Source: an uncultured Acidobacteriota bacterium
Lineage (GTDB): Bacteria; Acidobacteriota; Vicinamibacteria; Vicinamibacterales; SCN-69-37
NCBI GenBank assembly: GCA_963752045.1
Contig: CAVVWN010000005.1
Span: 46,607-110,606 of the forward strand
Length of the DNA: 64,000 bases
Direction of reading: 5' to 3'
Shown one piece after another: positions 56,101-64,000 of the stretch. The stretch's first letter is position 1. The number at the start of each line of letters is the position of its first letter. The notes beneath the pieces are model-generated. The model was not told the origin of the DNA. It saw nothing but the letters and a program-made list of their open reading frames with translations, and did not search any database. The position numbers and the translations under genes are program-made.

Positions 56101-56843
56101 CAGTTCCTCACGACATGGCGGGGTGGGGCGCGGCGGAAGCCGCGGCCATCGTCCGCTATTACCTGGCGCTTGCCGGCAACTCCCAGTGGCTCGCGAGCGG
56201 GCCGCGTTCGATGATCGTCGTGCCCGCCGGATTCATGCGCGGGGGAGCAGCCGGGCGTCGATCGATCGTCCAGGGACCGTCTCCGATCACGCTTGCCCAC
56301 GAGGTCTTTCACTGGTGGATGCACGCCGATCTGGTTCGTCCCGAGGCCGCGTGGTTCAGCGAGGGTGTCACCAACTACTACGGCATCAAGGCGGCACGAC
56401 AGGCGTCGTTGATCGCCGAGAGCGACCTGCGCGCCTGTCTCGCCGATCTTGCGGCGGAGATGACGTTCCTCGAGTCGGACGGGCCGCGAAGTCTGGCAAG
56501 CGCATCACTGGACTACGCGCGAAACAGCCGGGCCCGGCGGCTCGTCTACGCCAAAGGCACGCTCTTGGCCCTTCTCCTGGACCGGGAGCTGGCCGGGCAG
56601 GGTCACACGCTGGACGACACGATGGCCGCCATCCTGTCGGAGGATCGCCGCGGACTGACCAACGCGGACCTGCGCGCGCTCTTCGCACGGGAGTCCGGAC
56701 CCCGCGCAACCGCGCTTTTCGACGCTCACGTCACGGGTGGCGGCGCGCTGCCGGATCTCGGTCTGGAATCGGGCACCGGTAGCAGCGGCTGCGCGCGATA
56801 CGACGGCGCCGATCCGGGCAGCCGGCCGTCATACCGGCACTGA
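53121..56843 (+). CDS. Ser/Thr protein kinase - TM - TPR array - M1/M61-like gluzincin peptidase domain (1240 aa)
   Basis: The kinase spans about 53316-54215 (GEGGMGEVW, VAVKFL, HRDLKPSNVLV, DFGVAK, GTPEYMSPEQ). The TM helix GVVASAVVFLALVGGLAVASMGLV lies at 54285-54356. TPR-like LGPxHP units follow. From about 55530 comes a beta-rich segment, then HEVFHWW at 56298, with WFSEGVTNYY placing a Glu 17 residues after the second His. Confidence 0.85.
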   Translation: MSRNRHARVKALFLAACERPASERHAFLDEACAGDLDLRRAVDQLVEADEAVGPHRDDEPDAIAGYRLVRKVGEGGMGEVWEAEQLEPVRRRVAVKFLRYGLATREAALRFESERQAMARMDHPCIARVFDAGTTRSGRPYFAMEFVEGEPIDAYCAGRELDVRDRLWLFAQVCDGVQHAHVKGVIHRDLKPSNVLVTRLADRAVPKIIDFGVAKALDERLTDGTLLTAHGQWLGTPEYMSPEQAGLSAFDVDARTDVYSLGCILYELLCGAPPYDSRVLRAAGLDEMRRMIREEDPPAPSARVGARGDVRSTVAVGRRTDSRTLRKQLRGDLDWIAMTALEKDRRRRYGSPAELAADIRRHLRYEPVTAGSPGHAYRIGKFCRRHRTGVVASAVVFLALVGGLAVASMGLVQARASERLASRQVDLLVAMLNGFDSGGPASAAASPRGQLDAMSERIDRELVDQPVVRARLKTTLGRVRTNLGHFPEAQALLQEALVLRETHLGPNAPETAETLTALGILANELGEYRACERYFSRALEIDERAFGPEHPVTATSLTYLAYARWRLGEFEAAAAGFDRSLAIRERTLGRDHEAVAETLYLQAVLLADTGKLEPAAAGARRSLDIRERSLGPDGLATGWSASLLGTILLDLDSPAAAIPVLERALSIVERRQGPDHVGVAEPLISLGWALLREEDVAVAEARFARALDVIGRTVGDAHPRAADALDGLGHLALTDGDHRLARRYFERSLTIRERALGAAHPHVARSLLGLSDAASAEGDAEEAAALRERRAAILGQSRSSEARQVEVDYVVRIVLADQGLVRVRAEVSREAAGENRTLEMRFRDVRRVPGAVRTFRAAADGRALEVQQQAEREDDVRTIVLDESSGAVRLEYTLDPTFFPPGSGSTDPADARARVGEDFAVLRTSRLLPAFDGHAFAARVTFDLPDGWIAATPWVPDGDGFRLSSDDHAAVDYVGLGPFAIRDVVTGNTAFRVAVPHDMAGWGAAEAAAIVRYYLALAGNSQWLASGPRSMIVVPAGFMRGGAAGRRSIVQGPSPITLAHEVFHWWMHADLVRPEAAWFSEGVTNYYGIKAARQASLIAESDLRACLADLAAEMTFLESDGPRSLASASLDYARNSRARRLVYAKGTLLALLLDRELAGQGHTLDDTMAAILSEDRRGLTNADLRALFARESGPRATALFDAHVTGGGALPDLGLESGTGSSGCARYDGADPGSRPSYRH

Positions 56844-56977
56844 TGCCCGCTCTCCGAGGCCGGACCTGACGGGTTTCACACCTCGAATCCGCAGCGGCGC
56901 ATCAGCGCGCCGAGCCGCGAGAGGGACCCGCACGTCGGCCGGCGTACCCGGGGACCGGCCGACCGCGCTGGATCGGA

Positions 56978-58520
56978 CTACCGCACGACCTCGAAATCGC
57001 CGGGCTTCCAGGTCTTGTCGAACCAGGGCTCGAGCGGACCGTACAGCCGCAGCAGGACGTTGTAGCTCTTGCCCGGCATGGTCTGGATCCAGTTGCCCTC
57101 GTGGCCCGCGGGGGCCTCCGGTCCGAACCACATCGGTGAAGGAGCCGTCGCTGTTGGGCTGTACCGACGGGTTGTTGCTGTCGAGGCCGGCCAGCTTCTG
57201 GTCGGTTTCCAGCATGGATCGGTGCTGCCCCGAGTAGACCATGAACGACCAGAAGTTGTTCACGGGTACCGGGCCGGGCAGCGTGACCGAGTAGGTCTTG
57301 CCTCCATCGAGGTAGTTGCCCTCCGCGTCCTGCGCAGCGAACCCATAGACCGAGCCAGTGCCCACCTGTGGCGCGGCCATGGCCGGCGTGATGCCCGTCG
57401 CGAGGTAATGGAAGAAGATGCGGTCGTCGAGCACACGCTCGCCGTCGTCGAGGAACTCGTGGCTCCCGCCGGCGAAGGGCGACGACCACTTGCGGTCGGG
57501 ATAGATGTACACGCTCTCTTTGCGTGGCGAAAACGTGAGCGCGCGGGCCGTGGCATTACCAACCGCGACCGCTTCGGTCAGGATCGTCCGCATCCGGGCG
57601 TCGGGACTGAAGGGCTGGCCCTTCTTGATGCCGATCGCCGCGAACAACCCGACGAGCTCCGGATCGAACGCGTCGGCGGGCTCGTGCTGAATCACGGCGT
57701 TGAGCTCCTCGAAGAACTCGAAGTTGTTCGCATGGATGGTGTTGAACTGCTTGCCCGACAGATTGACGAACCGTTGCTCAGGCGGACTCGCCGCCTGCGC
57801 CAGCGGATACATGCGGAACCCCGCCTTGAGCGCGCCGACGGTTCGGGCGAAGTCGCCATCGGCGACGAAGGCGCGAAAGAACATCAGATTGCGATAGGTC
57901 GGCGTGCGCGCGACGAAATACCCCTCGGGGATCGGGCCGTCGTAGTCCCGGTGCACGAAAAGGTACTTCCCGCCCTGGCCCTTGTCAGGACCGGTCACGC
58001 CGATATCGACCACCCAGCGGAAATAGGCGTCGTCGACGGGCCCAAGCACGCCCGGCGGGACCTCGGCGACGACCGGCCCGTCTCTGACGTCGACTTCCGT
58101 CATGTTGTAGATCGTGGTCGAGTTTGCCGTCAGGAAGAGCGAGCGGGCATCCATCAGGTCCTCGAAGATGCCGAGGTCGCCCGGCTCGAGGCCGGCTTTC
58201 TTGAGGCCTTCGAGCCCCGCGTAGACGGATGCCGCGGGTATGCCATTGAGGAAGGCCTCCGCGCCCCGCGAGAAGTCGAGGAAGTCGTAGACCTTCTCCA
58301 CGGTGGCCTGGCTGGGCATGCCGTCGAAGAACTCGAGGTCGCCCAGCCGTTCGGTGGACACACGGTCAGGCGTCGTGACGGATTCCGGCACGACGGCCGC
58401 GAACGTCGGTTGGCCCGTCGGTACACGCGTTTCACTCCCGCAGGCCGACAGCGCGGTCACTGCCAGAACGGCCACGCCGAGCCGGCGCGGAATACCGCCC
58501 AATATCACCAGGTTCTTCAC
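56978..58520 (-). CDS. DUF1254/DUF1214-family lipoprotein, one frameshift as sequenced near 57134
   Basis: AAAGGAGAG precedes GTG 58520, which opens VKNLVILGGIPRRLGVAVLAVTALSACG. The body shows the typical pattern (YFRWVVDIG, GGKYLF, FWSFMVYS). After ..NSDGSFT the sequence continues one frame over as MWFGPEAPAGHEGNWIQTMPGKSYNVLLRLYGPLEPWFDKTWKPGDFEVVR, ending at stop 56980-56978. Confidence 0.6.
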
Positions 58521-58686
58521 GTTCTCTCCTTTTGGAATCCCGCACACGCGACTCGCAGGCGAGTAGGAGGCAACCCGAGTCACGCCCGGTCGCCTCTCGA
58601 GGCTTCGACAGGTATCAGCTTACCGCTTACTGCCTGCTGAGCGGGCGGCGACGGGTGGAACGCCCCTCAGGGCGCTCTTCTACGAC

Positions 58687-59134
58687 CTACGACAAGGAGG
58701 CGAGCGGTCGTGTGCGGCGCGCGATTTCCGACCGCACGATGGTCCTGCCGATCGGGCGCCATGGCGATTCCCGCGAACTTGAGGTGCTGGAAGGCGAACG
58801 GGATGCCGATGATCGTGAGGACACACGCAAGCGCGGACAGGATGTGCAGGACCGCCAGCCACCAGCCGGCGAGCACGAACCAGATCACGTTGCCGACCGT
58901 CCCCGCATGGCCGGTTCCGATGTCCTCGCGGCCGTAGAGATCGTCGCGGCGGACGGCTTCACGCCCGAACGGCCAGAAGTGGAATCGTCCCAGCACGAAG
59001 CAGGCCCTGCCCCACGGAATGCCCACGAGCGACATGTACGCCAGCAGGCCCACCAGCCACCAGGCGAGGCCCGTCACGAGACCGCCGAGAAGCAGCCAGA
59101 TGATGTTGCCGAGGAGGTTGAGAAGATTGCGCAT
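58687..59134 (-). CDS. YccF-family (DUF307) inner membrane protein, one frameshift as sequenced near 58754
   Basis: The duplicated YccF motif is NIIWLLLGGL...SLVGIPWG and NVIWFVLAGWW...LTIIGIPFAFQHLKFAGIAMAP. After MAP the next frame gives IGRTIVRSEIARR.., ending at stop 58689-58687 (junction CCC [G] ATC GGC). Confidence 0.75.
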
Positions 59135-59249
59135 CCCGGGTGCCCACGCGCCGGTGCCGCCCGACTACTGATTTGACGGGCCTCTGCCCGAAGTGGTTCT
59201 CTGCGGGCGACGTCCGCCGCTGCTCGCAAACCGCGCCCGCGGGTGTCGT

Positions 59250-59657
59250 TTATCGTCCCGGCTGCACCACGACGAGGCCGGCCTCGCTCGCGGCTCGTGC
59301 CAGCCGGTCGTCGTAGGTGATGAACGCCTCGGGGTCGTCGCCGATCGATAGCGCCGTTGCCAGGTGCAGCGCGTCCAGCGTTCTCAGACCTGTCGGCTCG
59401 GTCGTGTTCGCGAGCCGAAGGACCGGCTCGTCCAATCGTATGAGCGTCGCGGCGGCCAGCACGGCTTCGGCGCGCCGGTGAACGCTCTCGGGGGCCGCCA
59501 CGCGGCGGAGCGCGCGCCGGCACTCCACGCCGGCGAGCACGCTCGACACGCGATCCGGCCACGCCTGGAGCGCCCGGAACAGATCGTCGCTTTCGCGTTC
59601 CGGCAGGACGAGCTTCATGAGCGCCGACGAATCGAGGTAGACGGGGCGGTAGCTCAT
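59250..59657 (-). CDS. PIN-domain toxin (VapC-like)
   Basis: VYLDSSALMKLVL (first acidic residue), LAGVECRRAL, RTLDALHLATAL and FITYDDRLARAA give the PIN acidic quartet pattern. It overlaps the antitoxin gene by 4 nt. Confidence 0.7.
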   Translation of the reverse strand: MSYRPVYLDSSALMKLVLPERESDDLFRALQAWPDRVSSVLAGVECRRALRRVAAPESVHRRAEAVLAAATLIRLDEPVLRLANTTEPTGLRTLDALHLATALSIGDDPEAFITYDDRLARAASEAGLVVVQPGR

Positions 59658-59983
59658 ACGGCGTCGCCTCGGCTGTCGTCGAGGGCCTGCTGCACCCGAC
59701 TGGCCAGGTCGGCGGGAATGTCCGCGGGCAGCGCGGGGAGGTCTCGCAGGTCTCGCGTGGCGGCCACGGCGCGGCCCGACGCAACGAGGCGCTCGGCGAG
59801 GGTGGCGGATTCGGAGAGCGGCGCGAGAATCGCCACCGGCCTGCCGCGGTCCGTCACGCGCAGCGTCTCACCTTTGACCACGCGGGCCAGATACACGCTG
59901 AAGTACTGACGCAATTCGCGCACGCCGACATGGTCGGAGGGCGGGCCTTTCCGCTTGCTCGGTCGAGCAGTCATGTAGCACAT
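59654..59983 (-). CDS. Phd/YefM-type antitoxin
   Basis: VGVRELRQYFSVYLARVVKGETLRVTDRGRPVAILAPL is the typical Phd/YefM N-terminal domain. The start may be MTARPS at 59974. Confidence 0.65.
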   Translation of the reverse strand: MCYMTARPSKRKGPPSDHVGVRELRQYFSVYLARVVKGETLRVTDRGRPVAILAPLSESATLAERLVASGRAVAATRDLRDLPALPADIPADLASRVQQALDDSRGDAV

Positions 59984-60096
59984 GGTAGCACCTGCGCAGC
60001 TCCGCGACCCGGCAGGACGCCACGGGCCAACCGCCTTTGTTGCGTCGGCGCACTCTTAAGGTGTTCGATATGGGCCAGCCCGTCCCTGGAGGTCCC

Positions 60097-63000
60097 ATGT
60101 CCCTGCGCCCCCGCTCGTCCTTCGCGCTCATTCTTCTTGCAGCCTGTGCGGCCACCGGTTCGCTCGCCGCTCAGGGCCGCGGAGGCGGCGCGGGCGGGCC
60201 GCAGCAGACCCAGCCGGTCGGCGGCCCGCGCTTCGAGTACGTCGGACCGACGAGCGCCGGACGCATTTCAGCAGCGGCGGCCGTGACCGGCGCGCCGGGC
60301 GTGTATTACGCCGGCGCCGCGTCGGGCGGCGTGTGGAAGTCCATCGACGGCGGCGCCACCTGGAAGCCGACGTTCGACAACGAGACGTCGCAGGCGATTG
60401 GCGCGCTCGCCGTCGCGCCGTCCAATCCGAACGTCGTCTGGGCCGGCACGGGCGAGGCGTGGGCCGTGCGCGACATGGACATGATGGGCGACGGCATCTA
60501 CAAGTCCACCGATGCCGGCGAGACGTGGACGCGCATGGGTCTCGAAGACACCGGCCGCATCGGCACCATCGTCATTCATCCCGCCAACGAGAACGTCGTG
60601 CTGGCGTGCGCGCTCGGCCGCGCGACCGGCCCGCAGAAGGAACGCGGCGTGTTCCGTACCGAAGACGGCGGGCGCACCTGGCAGCAGGTGCTGTTCGTGA
60701 ACGAAGACACCGGCTGCTCGGGGCTGCAGATGTCACATCAGGACCCGAACGTCGTCATTGCGAGCACCTGGGAGATGTACCTGCAGACGCACATCCTCGA
60801 GAGCGGCGGCATGGGCAGCGGCGTCTACCTCTCGCGCGACGGCGGTCGCACGTTCTCGAAGGTCACGGCCGGACTGCCGCGATCGCCGTACGGCAAGACG
60901 GACGTCGCGATTGCGCCGTCGAACGGCAACCGGATGTACGCGCTCATCCAGACCGGCGCCGACGGCGTGAAGGGCATGCCATCGGAAGCGCAGGGTTCGC
61001 TGTGGCGATCGGATGACGCCGGCCGCTCGTGGCAGAACGTCAGCTGGGACCGGCGCCTCATCGGCCGCGCCGGCTACTACATCCGCGTGCGCGTCGCGCC
61101 CGACGATCCCGATCACGTGCTCGTCGCCAACAGCACGCTGTGGGAATCACGCGATGGCGGAAAGATCTTCACGCGCGGCCCAGGCGGCTGCGGCGACTGC
61201 CACGACATCTGGTGGGACACCAACCCCGCCTTTGCCGGCCACTTCATGATCACGGGCGACGGCGGCATGGGGATCTACGGGTCGCCCCGCAATCCAACCG
61301 GGAACACGAGCGTGTCGCTGCCGATCGGGCAGATGTATCGCGTGACCGTCGACCAGCGCAATCCGTACTGGGTCTACGGCAGCCGGCAGGACGACGGCAG
61401 CATGCGGATCGCGAGCAACCGGCCGATCGTGCCGGAGGAAGTGCCGTCGTATGCGCCCCCGCCTCCGCCACCGGCTGAAGCCGGCGGCATCGGACGAGGG
61501 GGGCGGGGCGGCGGTCGCGGTGGTGGCGGAGGTCGTGGCGGGCGCGGGGGCGCGCCGGCCGGGCCGCCGCAGGAGAGCATGCCGTCCTGCGAGTCGGGCT
61601 ACACGTATCCCGAGCCGGGCAACCACCACTTCGTGTGGGGCACCTGCTACGCGGCGCACGTCGCCACGTTCGACGACATTTCCGGTGAGCGCCGCTCGGT
61701 GAGTCCGTGGATGCACACGCTCGACTCCGATCCGGTCGGCCTCAAGTACCGGTGTCAGTGGTCGCCGCCGCTCGCCATCGACTGGTTCGATGGCTCCGTG
61801 TACTTCGGCTGCCAGGTGGTGTTCCGCACGCGCAATCGGGGCCAGACCTGGGACGTGATCAGCCCGGACCTGTCGACCGGCGACCCCGAGCGCATTCGAT
61901 TCTCGGGCGGCGTCGTCGGCGACAACCTCGGCCAGTTCTATGGCGCGGTGATCTCGGCAATCGCGCCGTCGCGGCACGAGCAGGGCGTGCTCTGGGTCGG
62001 CACGAACGACGGCAAGGTCTGGATCTCGCGCGACGCCGGCCGCACCTGGACCGATCTCACCGTGAACGTCCACATGCCGCCGTGGGGCATCGTCCGCCGC
62101 ATCGACGCGTCACATCACGACCCGGGCACGGCCTACATGGCTGTCGACTACCACCTCGTCGACCAGCGCGACCCGTACCTGTTCAAGACGACGGATTACG
62201 GTCGCACCTGGGCGCGCATCGACGCCACGCTGCCCAAGGGGCACCCGCTCGACTACACGCTCTCGATCGCCGAGAACCCGAATCGGCGGGGGATGCTCTT
62301 TGCCGGCACCGGACACGCGTTCTTCTATTCGACCGACGACGGCGCCAGCTGGACGCAGTTCAAGGACAAGCTGCCGGCGGCGCCCGTGACCTGGATCGAA
62401 GTGCCGAAGAACGCGCCCGAGGTGGCCGTGGCGACCTACGGCCGCGGGCTGTGGATCCTGCGCGACGTCTGGCAGCTCGAGCAGCCGGACGTGGCGGCGC
62501 AGGCGGCCGACCTGCAGCTCTACAAGCCGCGGCCGGCCACGCGGTCGGGGAGCGGCGGTTCCGCGACGTTCGTGTTCTCGCTGCGGACGGCGCCGACGGC
62601 GCCGATCGTGGTGGAGATCCTGGACGCTGGCGGGACCGTCATCAGTTCTCGCGAAGTGCGCGGCCGGGCCGGCATGAACGAGACGTCATGGAACCTGCTG
62701 CATGCGCCGCCGGATCAGCCCGTGCTGCGTTCGATTCCGCCGGACAACCCGCACATCTGGGACGCCGGCCGCTGGGAAGGCCGCGAGCGCCCGGTGATTC
62801 ACTGGGGCCTTGGCGCCGCGACGTGGCAGCCGCGCGCGGCGCCCGGCAGGTACACGGTCCGCATGACACTCGACGGCCGGCAGTACTCGCAGCCGTTCGA
62901 GGTGTGGCGCGACGTCACGCTGTCGTCCACCGACGACGACCTGGTGGCCGGCACGACGCTCCAGCTCGACGTCGTCTCGGCCATCAACGACGTCGTCGAC

Positions 63001-63409
63001 AAGATCAACCGGATCGAGATCATGCGGGCGCAGGTGGAGGATCTGCGGGCGGCCCACGGATCGAACCGCGAGCTCGACGCAGGCGCTTGCCGGCATCTAC
63101 CAGCGGATGTACGAGACGGAGCTTCACTACCTCTCGAAGACCGAGATGCACAGCGACGACAAGTGGTACGTCGAGAAGTACAAGCTCTATCTCAACCTGG
63201 TGTGGCTGCTCGCCGAGATTGGCGGCGGCGGGGGAGACGTGGCCGGAGGCGCGGCGTACCGGCCGACGGATGCGGCCGTGGCGGTCTTCGGCGACCTGCG
63301 GCAGCAGATGCGGACGGCACAGGCCGACTTCGATCGGCTCATGCGCGACGTCGCGACGTTCAACCAGGCGCAGAGCGGCCGTCTGCCGGCGATTTCGGAC
63401 CGGAAGTAG
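60097..63409 (+). CDS. Secreted BNR/Asp-box sortilin(VPS10)-like repeat protein, paralogue of 23210..25927, one frameshift as sequenced near 63080
   Basis: GGAGG precedes ATG 60097, which opens MSLRPRSSFALILLAACAATGSLAAQ. Asp-boxes are KSIDGGATWKP, KSTDAGETWTR, RTEDGGRTWQQ, SRDGGRTFSK, RSDDAGRSWQN, SRDGGKIF, TRNRGQTWD, SRDAGRTWTD, TTDYGRTWAR and STDDGASWTQ. A PPPPPP + GGIGRGGRGGGRGGGGGRGGRGG insert is present. The C-terminus continues in ORF 63107..63409 (junction GAC GCA [G] GCG CTT GCC). Confidence 0.75.
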
Positions 63410-63449
63410 GACCATCCGTGACGTCCGGCCGGCATGGTATTCTCATGCC

Positions 63450-63704
63450 ATGAGAACCACCATTGACAAGGCAGGCCGCGTGGTCATTCCGGCGGGCGTG
63501 CGCGAGCGCGCCGGTTTCACCCCGGGCACCCAGCTCGAGATCAGCGTGGACGAGTTCGGTATCCGCCTCGAGCGTCGCGCCCCGGGGCCCCGGCTGATGC
63601 GGGTCGGCCGGCGGCTGGTCGCGCGGCCCACGGTCAAGCCGGCGAGCCGTCCCGCCGTGAACGTCGCCGAGCTGGTGGAAGAAGAGAGGAATCGCTGGCC
63701 GTGA
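63450..63704 (+). CDS. AbrB/MazE/SpoVT-type antitoxin (VapB-like)
   Basis: MRTTIDKAGRVVIPAGVRERAGFTPGTQLEISVDEFGIRLE is a swapped-hairpin barrel motif. This is the tail of ORF 61707..63704. Confidence 0.7.
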   Translation: MRTTIDKAGRVVIPAGVRERAGFTPGTQLEISVDEFGIRLERRAPGPRLMRVGRRLVARPTVKPASRPAVNVAELVEEERNRWP

Positions 63705-64000
63705 GTGTCTTCCTGGACACGAGCGTCCTGCTCGCCGGCCTCATCGACTTCGGGCCGCAGAGCGCGCCGGCGCAGTCGCTGCTGCACGGCATCGCCGAGG
63801 GAACGATTGAGAAGCCGGCGACGGCCTGGCACTGTTGCCTGGAGTTCTTCTCGGTGGCGACGCGGCTCCCGCCCGAGTACCGGCTGACTCCGGCCGAAGC
63901 GGAGCAACTGCTGGCCGGCGAGGTCTTCCCGCGAATCGACGTGCACGCGCTCCCGGCCAGCCGGCGCGCGACGATGTTGCACGAGGCGGTTCAGGACCGC
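63701..64000 (+). CDS. PIN-domain toxin (VapC-like), 3' end runs off the window
   Basis: My translation from GTG 63701 (GTGA overlap with the antitoxin stop) gives VSVFLDTSVLLAGLIDFGPQSAPAQSLLHGIAEG...WHCCLEFFSVATRL... It is open to the window end and is not in the ORF track. Confidence 0.6.
   Translation, partial: MSVFLDTSVLLAGLIDFGPQSAPAQSLLHGIAEGTIEKPATAWHCCLEFFSVATRLPPEYRLTPAEAEQLLAGEVFPRIDVHALPASRRATMLHEAVQDR

Overview
Very GC-rich bacterial chromosomal window (composition judged by eye, not computed), gene-dense on both strands. I recognise no rRNA, tRNA, CRISPR array, transposase or integrase. All family calls come from motif recognition in the supplied translations or my own hand translations; no database search was run.

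The content suggests Acidobacteriota:
- two PadR regulator + ADOP (duplicated MacB-like orphan permease) pairs
- two ECF-sigma + Ser/Thr-kinase(TPR) pairs
- two large BNR/Asp-box sortilin-like exoproteins
- many secreted peptidases (M1, M24, M23, M55) and hydrolases

Housekeeping anchors are guaA and katG. There are five toxin-antitoxin modules: MNT/HepT, Xre/RES, Phd/PIN, AbrB/PIN, and a decayed HepT.

Most unusual biology:
1. An M23 peptidase - ECF sigma - Ser/Thr kinase operon (51.8-56.8 kb). The kinase carries, after one TM helix and a TPR array, an M1/M61-like HEXXH...E metallopeptidase domain.
2. Arrays of a 9-bp GCACCCGNC repeat flank a small secreted-protein gene. One array forms a ~150-bp palindrome, and the same unit also occurs in-frame in a nearby lipoprotein gene.
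3. A ~110-bp direct repeat brackets a 4.6-kb peptidase block.
4. A 2-kb gene graveyard holds two 5'-truncated remnants abutting head to head.

Data-quality or biology issue: many otherwise well-conserved genes are interrupted by frame changes that almost all have the sign of a single-base insertion. Most affected genes carry one break. katG and the adjacent esterase carry six between them. A 5.3-kb BcrA/HgdC-type activase locus (35.0-40.3 kb) carries one roughly every 100-150 nt, while long neighbouring genes are intact. This looks more like an unpolished consensus than natural decay, but it needs read-level checking.
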